A stretch of DNA of 64,000 nucleotides from Gordius albopunctatus (lineage: Eukaryota). The notes under the pieces are model-generated. The model ran no database searches and was not told the origin of the DNA. It saw only the letters and a program-made list of their open reading frames with translations. Below, piece by piece: positions 40,501 to 52,595 of this stretch. Made by a program: the position numbers and the translations under genes. The stretch lies in assembly GCA_964276515.1 (NCBI GenBank), contig OZ193910.1, positions 1,736,001 through 1,800,000 on the forward strand. Reading direction: 5' to 3'. The stretch's first letter is position 1. Every line of letters begins with the position of its first letter.

Positions 40501-43500
40501 ATTACCTTAACATTTAGAATATACTTTAAGTGAGCTCTGTTGACTAGAAAGAAATCTATCTGAGTGGTACGGCTGCCACTTTTGTGCTTTATAAGATGTT
40601 CCTGTCTCTTTTTGAAGAAGGTATTTCCTATTGCTAGGTCAAAAGCTTCAACAATTTCTAGAATTTCCGTACCTCCTTCATTTCTTAGGCCGTAATCCCC
40701 ACCACCGTGATTTCTTTCAAATCCTCCCCTTGATTTGCCCACGTGTCCATTGAGGTCCACTCCGATAATTATTATTCCCTCTTTACCGAATTGGGATAGA
40801 ACATATTCAAGCTCCTTCCAAAAACACTCTTTTTCCGTCTCAGAGCATCCACTTTGAGGGGCATGTGCTGATATACCTTTTATCGCAGTAGATTTATAAC
40901 AAAGCTGTATCGCCATAATTCTGTCATGGATTCTTTTGGTTTTCATTCTGCGTCTTTGTTGTAGTATACATTTTGGTTTATATGGAATAAGGGAGTATTG
41001 ATATCCCGGCCTTTCAAGCCTGACGGAACTATGTTAGATTTTGGCGCTTGACTACCTACTAATCTTTATAATTCAGTCACTTTGGTGAATTAAATTTTTC
41101 TTTGGATCACTCGTATTGATAGGCTTAATCTAGCACTTCCATTTCACTAAGTACTCCCTCAAAAAGCCCAGAAATTTTAGTCTGACCCTTCACCAAGAAC
41201 CTTGCCAATAGGGTGACCCCACCAGTAACAAACATAAAAATTGTGTTTGGCTACCAAAGGTATAGCTTCTTGGATCACGAGAGTACACAAGCTCAACCAC
41301 CACTACAAGGTATTTCTGGCTCGGTTGAGAAACATTTTTAGATTAAAACATCTTAAATAGTCATGGAAGAGTGCAAAAAGTTCTCCATCTTAACTAAAAT
41401 AAACGTGCCATTTCGCTAACAAGGATCGCATATAACCATAGACTAGATAGACTGCTCATGCCATATGTTGCCTATGGTTAATTGTGTGTCTAATTTTCCT
41501 CCATTTTTAAGAGTGAAACTGGTGTATTTTAACCATGTAATTTTGCTCTATTACAGTCAATTTACCTTCCTCACTAGTTTATAAATTAAAACAAACGTCA
41601 ATAAATTAATATATTATACAAAATATTGTTGGCACTATATTATTAAACCTTTAATCGCAGTTTTAACATTTTTAATTTATATGTTTAAAGAAAGTATTTA
41701 CTTTATTTAATACTGATAAAAAAGTGAAACGAAAAGAGTTCGTAAGTTTTTAAGAAGCGTTTTAAACTCCTTTATATAATCGCGGATTAATTGAATAAAT
41801 CAATTACATTTAGTGGTTAATCCGCGAGGTATGTGATTGGTCAATTAGCGTCGCGAAGTGTAAGGTAATGTAAATGAGTCAATTAACGTCGCGAAGCTAA
41901 GGTAATGTAAATGAGTCAATTAAGGTAATGGATGCAACACTACATATGTATTGTATAAATGGTATTTATTTTAAAATGCTGTTTTATATCTACCCAATTA
42001 AATATTTTTTTATTTATCCTTTTAAGATTATTTAATTTGCGAAAATTACTAATTTCTATATGATCACCACTTTATTGTTTTGATAAGTTCGTTACATCTT
42101 GACCGGGTGAGTGCCATATCTTGAGGAATCTCTTTAGTTTCCATACCTTTATCGACTTGGCCTTTCCACGTGCTTGAAATATTCTTATTATTCCTGATAT
42201 TAAAAGGAATAATAAGAATATTTCAAGATTAACTTGTAATATTTTATATGCTTTAAAGCAAAATATAATTAGTCAAAAATAATACAACATTTTTAGCCTA
42301 AATAAAAGGTATTAAAGATGGCGCTAGCGATAACATAGTATCTTTTCAAATATGAAGATATTCCCCTCCCTAAATGACAAAAACCCTTAAAAGTAAAAAA
42401 AAATAATGCTTTTGCCCCTCCCCATTGAACTTTAAAACGTTTCGACCCCCCCCCTAATCAAAAACCTGGCTACTCCCATGAAACTATGTAAGGATCATAG
42501 ACTAATAGACTGCTCATTCCCTTTTAAAAATGAATTTTGGCCAATTCATATGGTTTGATGAATTTTTAAAATTGCTATAATGATTAAAATGGGTTGTTTC
42601 ATGTTATAAGATCAATGATCATTGACCAATACAATCCATGGTTATACAAACTCTACTTCACCAATTAAAATGGCGCTCGTTTTTTGCTTTTTTTTTGATG
42701 CGTAAATATATAAGAGATGAGCAATCTATTAGTCTATGGTAAGGATTTACTCGCCGTTTTAGCATGCATTTTTAAATTTATTTACAAAATATACGAGTTA
42801 TAGAAATTAATAGTGTTTCGATCTCGTCTCAGGAGCGATTATGAAAATCTCGATCTCGTCTCGACTTTTTAAAAAATATATATACTGAATAAAAATTTCT
42901 CCTGTTTTATTAAAAATATCAAAAAAGTGTTAAAAGATCCAAATGGCAAATTTTTATATTTTTTAAGAAACTTTAATACACAAACTTTTCAAAGATTTAG
43001 CGGGACACGACATCTCATTGACAATATAAAGACATAAATTAATTCATAAAGATAACATTTTCTATGGAAAGTGCAGACTAAAAGACTATAAATAAATTTG
43101 AAGTATAGAAAATGTAATGTGAATGTTCTAGCAAATTATAACATTTGTATCAAATTCACTTTTTTGTCAAGTATAAATAGACTTAATAATACGTTCGCTT
43201 ATAGTTGACTTAGTTGCATAATTGAGCAAATTGAGACCCTTTGTTAACCCTGGGTAAAGCTTCTTAATCGACTAAGTCTATTGTTACCATCATCAATTAT
43301 ATGCCATAGTGATTTTTCTCGGGTTTTCCGCATCACTGGAAATTAATATATTATACTATATAAAGTAATTATACATAAATGTAAATAGGCATATTTTATG
43401 AAGATTATCTCGGAGATGAACAAACAACATGTATTTTCTATTATAGGAAAGCTGAATTGTATATTTTAAGTGGAGCCTAAATCTTTGAAAGAGTTTACCA

Positions 43501-46293
43501 TGATTTTTAATATTTTCGTTGATTACTACATTTTAATTCCTTTTTTAAATTAAATCACAAAATTCATAAAATTGAATTGTGTTGTGTTAGCACTATGGTC
43601 TAACAACGGAAGGCTTTGTAAGCCTTGTTATATAATTTATACAGTTTATAATAAGCACACTACCCATACATTTAAAGGCAAATTCAATTTAATTACCTTT
43701 AAAAACGGACTTGGTCATAAATATTCTAACTGCTATTTTGTTCCAATTAAATGTAGATGCAAGGAATTAATTTACAAAGATCCGAATCAAATTTAATTGC
43801 TATAATTGGTGCATATTCAAGTGCAGAAGCTAGCGCTGTTGCTCCATATTATTCATTCTTTAAAATCCCGGTCCTAACGCCAAAGGCTAATTCCTACGTA
43901 TTTCGAAACTCCATGTTAGTATTATTAAAATTAGTTTGAACATATGAATGTATATGTCGTCTTGATGTTTAATTGAACACATTATTTATATATATATATT
44001 ATCTGAAGTGTAAAGTTGCCTATTACTATCTTTTATAAATTAGTTTACAAAAAAATTCTGCTCATTTAAAATTAATAATAGTAATTATTTTTATTAATAG
44101 CTACCAAAATCTTTTTCGTTTTCTCCCCGATCAAAATTCTTTTACCCAAGTTTTGATAATGTTGATTGATCATTTTAAGTGGTCATACGTTTCAATGATT
44201 TACAGTAATGACCTCTATAATACACATTATGCCAATGATCTCAGACGGTCACTCGATACCAGCAATGTTTGCTTAGGGGTCGAAATAATGATAGATGCCT
44301 TATCATCTAGAGAGGATTTAAAAGATGTCAAATACAAAAACCTATTCAAGGACTTGATGGCACACAGTCAGCAATACCCAGTAACGTTCTTATTTCTTAA
44401 CAAATATCAATATGTTCAGTTATTCCAACATATAAAAGAACTTGACCCAAACCCTAAACTTTTGTTTGTCACAACTGATACCTGGCCAAATGCAGACGAT
44501 CTAATCAAAGCTAAAGTAATAGATATAGCTTTAGGTTCAATCACTCTAGTTGGTTACAGCGGAAGGTATGATGATTTCAACCAATGGTCAACCGTCTCAG
44601 CAAATATCGGAGGCTCAATGGTTTGGTTATCATATTGGCAAAACTACACGAATTATAACACAAAACTTGATAAACAAAATAAGGAACAGCAAAGTGGTAG
44701 TCTTGATTCAAGTATACCAATGACAATCGATATCGTCCAACTCATAGCTAATTGTATTTATACTCTTATCGACGATCGGTGTCAGTTCTATCGCCATACT
44801 AACAATCTAACAGCTTGTATCATTCAGAACTCATTAATACCCTATTTATCAAGTGTTAAATTTAAAGGGAGAACAGGATTAATTGCATTTTTGAATGGTT
44901 CCGGAGTCATGAGGACTATAGACATTGCAAATTTTGTTGGTATTGAAAATATCTCCACATCCGGAAGATTGGTAAGAGTGGGAAGTTATAACCCATGGAC
45001 AAATTCTTTGGAGATAGACCAAGACTTTAACTGGAAGAACTATACTTATACAACTTTCAAAAATGCTCCAAAATCAAGATGTAGTGATCCATGTAGTCCA
45101 AACCAAGTAGCTCTACCAACACCTAAAAAATGTTGTTGGACTTGTATTACCTGTGGTTCGCTAGAATTCAAATCAAATCTTATGACAAAGCCGTGCTTGC
45201 CTTGCCCATTGTATCAAAAAGCTTCACCTTTACAACCAAGTCAATGTGTAGATATAGCTTTTAAGGGTATAGCTCAAATTCTACCAGGATTTTCTGTTTT
45301 CGTTTACTCAATGACATCTCTCGGTTTATTAGTCTTGATATCAATTGCTTTAATTTATGTCTTCAATTATAACAACATGGTCTTTAGGCTTGATGTGCGC
45401 CTTTTACTTTACTATATCTTTTTTGGCTTACTTTTTGGCTATATTGGATTGATTTTGCTCTTAACCAAACCTTCTCATGTCGGGTGTGCTTGCGCACAGT
45501 TTTTAATACTACTCTCATTTACACTAATCTTTTCCACAATCGCCGAAAAGTTGTTGTTGACAAGAGAAAAATGTCATGGAGTGAAGTTGGGAACTTCCGC
45601 AAGTAGAGAAAAGCAAGCTAAACGACATGTGTTGATATTTATTGCAGTTCAGGTAAATTTAGTTTTTGAATATTTGACTTTGAATTGATTTATAATAATA
45701 GCTGACTTTTAAACATCCATTGTTAAGACCTATATTATATAATTAATTTAGCATAGTTATATTATTCATTTTGAATAACCTAAATAATAGTATATTAAAT
45801 ATTTGTGTTATTGTTTTAAGTTTTTTACTTAAACTGATTTATGTTTTTCAATATAGTTTTATCGAATAATATGAAGTTTTTTTAGATAATCATTAACCTG
45901 GTAGTGATTGTCACTGGAAAAGGAAACTATTCCCTCAAAGTTGTACAAACTACCAAAAATGATTATATAATTCAGAAAGCATGTCCTATGATTTCAAACT
46001 TATATTACCTACTTACAATCGCTTTATTTTTCCAGCTAATTGTCATATTGCATTGCGTTCATGCATTCATAGTTACTTCCCATTTACCGGTCAAATCGAT
46101 GGAGACGCGCTATTTGAGAAATTCTATATTAATTTGCAGCATAGCGTATGCCATTGCGGTTTCTGGCTTCTTTATTAAAGACTCCCACTTTATAGCCATG
46201 ACTATAAATATGACAATTTATACCGTCATTTTGTACACACTAATGTTAACGGTGATTTATTGCAAGTTAAAAGCAAATCATGTTGAACATTAA
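37540..46293 (+). CDS. Class C GPCR (mGluR/CaSR-like), divergent, 4 exons
   Basis: Exons 37540-37887, 43757-43914, 44101-45652 and 45886-46293, GT-AG and in frame. Signal peptide, KGDLMIGGLF, IIGAYSS, FKWSYVS, TDTW, a Cys-rich domain (PKSRCSDPC..CCWTC..C) and seven TM segments. Confidence 0.9.
38086..38276. mobile_element. hAT-type MITE family (TAGTGTTGTAAAAA termini, GTCGAC repeats)
   Basis: Ends TAATGTTGGAAAAA/TTTTTATAACACTA; TSD TCATATAC/TCATACAC (1 mismatch). Relatives at about 31308-31460, 31826-31942, 32672-32875, and a terminus at 50630. Confidence 0.75.
38428..41329 (-). mobile_element. Second RTE-family LINE, degenerate, in intron 1 of the class C GPCR
   Basis: Frameshifted ORFs 40122-40946 (APE), 39762-40070, 38948-39625 (FIDLEKAFD, GVHQGSALSP, IFADD) and 38702-38932. 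(GAA)n tail; 15-bp TSD AAACATTTTTAGATT (38413-38427, 41330-41344). Confidence 0.93.
41166..41329 (-). ncRNA. Putative HDV-like ribozyme fold in the RTE 5' leader
   Basis: P1 CUCAACC/GGUUGAG, P2 CCAGAAAU/AUUUCUGG, P3 ACC/GGU closing the 7-nt loop UUGUAGU, a large P4 region and J4/2 ACUAAA, all in HDV order. Confidence 0.55.
42070..42172 (-). mobile_element. Short 3' fragment of the RTE family at 21828-24899
   Basis: CATCTTGACC..AGTGCCAT..AATCTCTTTAGTTTCCATA..ATCGACTTG..CCTTTCCACGTG matches about 21888-21965. Confidence 0.8.
42496..42738. mobile_element. CATAGAC-ended MITE (P-element-like or hAT, 8-bp TSD)
   Basis: TIR CATAGACTAATAGACTGCTCAT/ATGAGCAATCTATTAGTCTATG; TSD GTAAGGAT (42488-42495, 42739-42746). 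An inverted relative lies at 51814-52099. Confidence 0.88.
42811..43338. mobile_element. Non-autonomous hAT element, deletion derivative of the 20899-25435 family
   Basis: Ends TAGTGTTTCGATCTCG/CCGCATCACTG; TSD GAAATTAA (42803-42810, 43339-43346); internal similarity to 20899-21330. Confidence 0.9.
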
Positions 46294-48173
46294 AAAAATT
46301 TCGGCAAACCTTATACAACGCAGATACACTCCTAATGTATTTTTTAAATTTAAAATATGTCTTTTGAATAAAATATATTCACTAAAATAACCTGTTAACA
46401 AATTTTTTAAAGCAGGTGTTTCGTCAGAAATATTTGTTTATCTTAAGTCGCTTTGTTTATTCTTAAACTTAATAGGTTGCAAACTATTAAACCTTCAAGT
46501 GTGATATAAGTTAGAATTCCAAGTGTAACGTAGGAAAACGTTGCCATCACTATCCTTCGCCACGTGAATTACGCATTCTCATCGGTTAAAAACACGAAAT
46601 GATGGGGTTTTGGCATATCAGGTGTTTTTTGTAATAACATTGGGCAAAGATTTGGTAAAAGCACTTATCAAATTTGTAGCCAGACTAATTATTTCAAATA
46701 GTCGCCATCCTATATTCCATTTTATAATCTTTAAGTTATTATAGTTGACATATTATAACATATAATTATTCCAATTTATTTCTCTGTATCAAGAGTAATT
46801 TATTTATATTAAACTTACACCAATTTTTATCTATAAAAATGAATATATATGAATGACATTTTAATTGACGTGGCTAAAATTTCAAATGAGCTAAAAATTG
46901 GATGTTACACAAGCCCATCCCTAAATTGATAATATCATGTGAATAAGGCAGTGGTGTAAATACTGGGGGGGGGGGGAAATCCCCCCCCCCCGGTTTTTTA
47001 TGAAAAAATAAAATATTTTAGATCTAAAGTTTATATTTCATAGTTGTGCAACGTAACTGACCAAGTTAATTATTTATAACTTTATGTTTTATACAAGATT
47101 TTATAATTTTGATGTTGAAATAAAAATGTTATAAATTTTTTTTGGAGATTCCCGCCCCCCCGGGAGAAAATACTGGCTACGCTCCTGAAATAAGATGTAT
47201 ATAAATTTCTATTAGCTTCTTTTATATGCTAACAAAAAAATATTTCACATTTTTATTTTCTTAGCTAACGAGGTAAAACTTAATCTCCAATATAGTAATC
47301 CACCATTTTTTATGCAATTTTAAATCATTATAACTTCAAATGGATTATGTTTTTAATAGAAATATAGTGACTAGCGAGAATATTAACTATTCGTTATGTC
47401 ACACTCACAACTGTAAAAAAGATCAAACATACAAATCTTGTATTCTATAAAATTAGTATATATATAATTACTAAATAAGAAAATTATATCAAAAGATCAA
47501 ATTGATACACTAATTTATAAATGTTTTTTATTCTCAGGCAAGTACCCAGGCTTAGAATCTAGGTTATCTTGAAAATTTGGTCCTGGGCAAGGTCTTTAAT
47601 TTTTTTAGTTAAAGCATTTGAGCGGTTTGGCCTAAAATGATAAAAGATCAATTCGATTTATCCATACACTTACCCATAAAAATTAATATTATTTATATCT
47701 GGTGGGCTGGCTCGTTACGGACCATACACCTATATTTAAAGTTATTCGTGTCAATTTTAGGTCCTTCTCCTTTAATTTCTACTTTGTCTGGGAATCTCGT
47801 ATTTATATGGCGTTAAATAAATATTTTCATGATCTAGTCAGAGTTATATTCGCATATATATTCTGTCTCCACCCAACCCGCAGATAAAACTTTATATTAA
47901 GCCGGACTAGGCGGCACTAATTAAAAACAAGGCAGTATTATTTAAAAATAATCACGAATGTTGCAAACGGTGATGCTCTTTTTATCCCAGTATTTTATAA
48001 TTTTAACCGCAAATATCGTTCTAATCATCAGTATGGCCAATTAACAGAGGTGCTTTTTCATTGGAATTTCTCATGTTTTTAATTCAACCGTGTGGAGAGG
48101 TAAAAACGTTGTAACTTTAACCGTTATTGTAGCCATTAACATTTTTTGTCTATGTTGTATTCGTAGATACTCA

Positions 48174-50489
48174 TTGGGTGTTTTTTTGTGGGCCACCCTT
48201 GGCGTTTAGGTTTGGGTGTATTAAACACCTAAAGGGTTTGGGTGGATAATATATTTAACCTTTTGGTTTGGTTTTGGTCGTTTTGGGTTGGGCATGCAAA
48301 TATATCAATTTGTTTGTATTTAGATTTAGTTAATGAACTTTTAAGAAAATAAAAATAGATGTATCATGACGTCACTGATTGGAAACTTTTCCCATTGTGA
48401 CGTCATAGTGAAAAGTATTATAATCTAATCTCTAGTAAATTATAGTTAATTATATTTTTGTCAAGTTTTGCCCCTGCCCCCTTATTTTTTACCCTCTTTC
48501 TGATGCGGGGGAAGGGGGGGGGCATGGTGGGTGTTTTGCCCCCCCCCCTTATTTTTTACCCTCTTTCTTACCCGGGGAGGGGGGGGGGAATGGGGGTAGG
48601 TAATTTGACTCCCGCCCCTTTTTTTATCATTTTAAATGACAATAAATAGAAAACGATTATAAAGTGAGATTTATCTGGCCATTCGAGAGCAGATTTTGAA
48701 TTCAATTAAAAATTATTATTTTTTAAAATTCTTTATTCTAAATTAATGACAGCTAACAGATCCTCCTCTAAATATTCCCGGCATTTTTTTAAAAATAATC
48801 AATAGCAATTTTATTCACAAAATTTAATTTCATATATGTTTTGAATTCCTCGCCTCTTGTAAAAGATAAAGACTTATTTATTTTATATTTGTAGCATTTT
48901 AAATTAATTGTATTGATTAAAATTATATTATTAAACTCTATTTTCAATATCAGAGAACAACATCCCGCGCGACTCAGACATATCACCACCCCCATGTACA
49001 TATAATATATATATATATACTAAAACTAATGCACCCACTCTCTCCCTTCTCTCGTTGCAATGTGCAATACCATATTTAAACATATCAGATTTAAGTTAAG
49101 TTCTAAACTAAATAAATAAATTATGGCACAACAAGGCGGCATGGTGGGGGTGGATGTGGGCTTGCTAGGCTCTTTATCATACCATTTTAAATTCATTTCT
49201 TTTTTCACGTATAACATTAACATGTCTACGAATTGTTACGATGGAAATACCTTAAGTTTTTCCATTAAATGCCCAGATAACTTAAATAGTAAAACTTACT
49301 TACCAATGATGGCAAATTTTTCTAAATTGGTAAAACTACATATAAATATTATATTTAATAATACAGCTTATTTCTTAAATAATGTTAAATTAAAAAATTT
49401 TATTTTAATTGATATGGTATATTAAGACAATTGTTGACCGCAAATCTTCAAAAATATATTTTCTAACATTAGAAAAACGTTGTCATTTAATAAGTCAATT
49501 TTCAAAAAAAATATAAATTTTAATAGAAAATGTTGATCATGACATTTGTCACCACTGTGACCCCAAATCTTCCCAAATTTTTTTCTCTAATAGTAGAACA
49601 TCTTTTAGTCATATAATAAATCTATTTAAAAAAAAAAATTAATTTTAATAGAAAATGTTGATTATGACATTTGTCACCACTGTGACGGGCAAAATTCAAA
49701 AAAATATTTTGAAAGGGTTAAAAAGAACTTTCCGCCCCCCCGGATGAGAAATAGGGTAAAAAATAAGAAGAGAGGCGAATCACCCCCTCCCCCTTCACCC
49801 CGGAATCAGAAAGAGGGTAAAAAATTGGGGGGGGGGGCAAAACACCCACCATTCCCCCCCCCTTTCCCCCGCATCAGAAAGAGGGTAAAAAATAAGGAGG
49901 GGGGGCAAAACACCCACCATGCCCCCCCCTTTCCCCCGCATCAAAAAGAGGGTAAAAAATAAGGGGGGGGGCAAAACACCCACCATGCCCCCCCTTTCCT
50001 CCCATCAAAAAGAGGGTAAAAAATTAGGGGGGTGGGCAAAACACCCACCATGCCCCCCCCCCTTCCCCTGCATCAGAAAGAGGGTAAAAAATAAGGGGGG
50101 GGGGCAAAACACCCACCATGCCCACCCCCTTTCCCCTGCATCAGAAAGAGGGTTAAAAATAAAGGGGGGGGGGCAAAACTTGACAAAAATATAATTAAGT
50201 ATAATTTACTAGAGATTAGATTATAATACTTTTCACTATGACGTCACAATGGGAAAAGTTTCCAATCAGTGACGTCATGATACATCTATTTTTATTTTCT
50301 TAAATTAAAAGTTCATTAACTAAATCTAAATACAGCAAATATGATAACAATACAAACAAATTGATATATTTGCATGCCCAACCCAAAACGACCAAACCAA
50401 AAGGTTAAATATATTATCCACCCAAACCCTTTAGGTGTTTAATACACCCAAACCTAAACGCCAAGGGTGGCCCACAAAAAAACACCCAA
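48174..50489. repeat. Foldback: about 420-bp near-perfect inverted arms with an internal ~61-bp G/C-tract tandem array
   Basis: 48174 to about 48590 is the reverse complement of about 50050-50489. There are about 7 units of CATCAGAAAGAGGGTAAAAAATAAGGGGGGGGCAAAACACCCACCATGCCCCCCC at about 49745-50180 and about 2 units in the left arm. Confidence 0.9.
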
Positions 50490-51500
50490 AACGCTTTGGG
50501 TGTTTTTTACGAAAACGCAAAACGCCAAAGCCCTCCCATGAAAATTCACCTAACACTGATAGGGTTGGGTGAAAAAAAACGCCAACGCTTGCAGGCGACC
50601 AATAGAAACCCTTGGTTTTTTACAACACTACAACGTACCGTATCGAAAGTTGTTTGAAAAATCATTATTAAAGTTTTGTCTTAGTATAATAAAAATGAAG
50701 CTCCTGATTCTCCCTTCTAACTACTCCCTTTGGGGAGGACAACGCATACTGTAAAGCTTTAAATTCATCTTTATTTAAAGGCCTTATGCTCGTCCCAATA
50801 TCTCCCAATATCTTTCCTAAATTCTCCCAATTTATTCCTGATGATTCCCCTCCATTCAAACTTTTATATTTTAAATCGTATTCCCTTTACGAATACGATA
50901 GTCTATAAGTCGACCCTTAAATAAATAATTCTATTTATTCTGCTACTATTATTGGGTTTGCACCATAACTGCTATATGTCGCAAAAAACAGAATTACATC
51001 GATAATTTTATTTACTCTTATAAACAACGATCCGATCATTCGAACATCTTGGAGATGGCAATAACAATATTAGTCACAATAAGATTCTATGAATATTAAG
51101 ACAACATTTCCACTTGTCCCTTACTACCAAAGTGTCATGTTGTAGTAGCTTAAACATCTAAGATGCTAGTTTTAATCAGTTGTATTTAAAGCATAACTAT
51201 AACATAGTTGCTTTGTTTAATAACCACTCATAAACAAATAACATAAAAATAAAATTTCTTAAAATATCCAACTATAAGTGATTATTTTATCAAAAAAACA
51301 ATTTTTTCTAATATATATATCTATCTATCTCGATTAGCACGTGATTAGAGCATTAACACTAGCAAAGTGAAGTGCCCTAACAATAGTAGGAATCTTATAT
51401 GTCTGTAATTAAATCCAAGTTGCATGCTAAAAAGATAAGTGTATCTATTATAAATTTACTGTCTAATTTAAAATTTCTTTTAGATACCATGAAATAGAGC

Positions 51501-52412
51501 CATAGACTAATAAAACCATAGACTGCCGAATAGCTGATTTTTCCTATTAAAATCATTCATACACCAAAATAGCTGCCATATTGTAGGAAAAACTCAACAA
51601 CAGGTATATTTATACTTATCTACGATAAGATATTGAAGAATATAAATAAGACTAATAGCTTAATTTATAAATTAATAAGAAACAAGTAAATTAGAACAAT
51701 AGATTATGCAAAATTCTATTGATTGGTTGCAATTTCCCACAAAATGGCGCTTGATATATTTGCTAAAAAAGTATCAGCTGTTCGGCAGTCTATGAATATT
51801 TGTCTATGGTAATCATATACTAATAGACTGCTCATCTCTTATATATTGACGCATCAAAAGTGTTGCCAAAAACGACCACCATTTTAATAAGTGAAGTAGA
51901 GCTTGTATAGCGATGGATTGCATTGGAAAATAATCATTGATATTATAACACGAAACAACCCATTTTAATCACTATAGCGATTTTAAAAATTTATCAAACC
52001 ATATAAATTGGCCAAAATTCATGTTTCATTCACTTATTAAAATGGCGGCAAAAATGGGAAACACTTCTTAAAAGGGAATGAGCAGTCTTTTAGTCTATGA
52101 TGTTCATAGACTAATAAAACCATAAACTGCCGAACAGCTGATTTTTACTATTAAAATCATTAAGACACTAAAATAGCCGTCATATTGTGGAAAAAACTCA
52201 AAAATAGGTATATTTATACTTCTCCGCGATAAAATATTGTAGAAAATAAATAACACTAATAGCTTAATTTATAAATTAAAAAAATAGGTAAATTAGAACA
52301 ATAAATTATGCTGAATTCTATTGTTTGATTGCAATTTCCCACAATATGTCGCTTGCTATATTTCCTGAAAAATTATACGCTGTTCGGCAGTCTATATTTC
52401 AATTAGTCTATG
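51501..52412. mobile_element. Three tandem CATAGAC-ended MITEs
   Basis: Units 51501-51808, 51814-52099 and 52105-52412, each CATA(G/T)AC..GTCTATG, separated by 5-bp spacers. Units 1 and 3 belong to the same subfamily. Confidence 0.88.
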
Positions 52413-52595
52413 ATGATGGTAATATATTTTGTGTATGGTTTAGCGTCCCAAATTGGCTGTGCATCAGATATTTTCCATTTGTAAGTTTTAAAATATATTC
52501 GTTTTAATGTATTTAGAAATGTTTATTAAGATTGTATACGGCTTAAATACTTTTTTTTATTAATTATATATTTTATGTTAAATTATAGGAATATT

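Noticed and set aside
41830..41930. ~37-bp tandem repeat (also ~115-bp repeats at 35590-35840)
   Set aside because: Ordinary short minisatellites within repeat-derived sequence.
43645..43677. Possible 33-nt GPCR micro-exon with a GC donor
   Set aside because: Not needed: exon 1 splices in frame to 43757 with normal class C spacing, and the donor is weak.
49745..50180. CRISPR-like appearance of the regular repeats
   Set aside because: The units are contiguous with no unique spacers, there are no cas genes, and the context is eukaryotic.
49744..50194. Pro/Gly/Lys-rich ORFs (also 48458-48649)
   Set aside because: They are translations of the ~61-bp tandem repeat, with no sign of coding function.
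50668..51200. Protein-like minus-strand ORF 50668-50859 and upstream pieces
   Set aside because: No recognisable motif or consistent exon chain.
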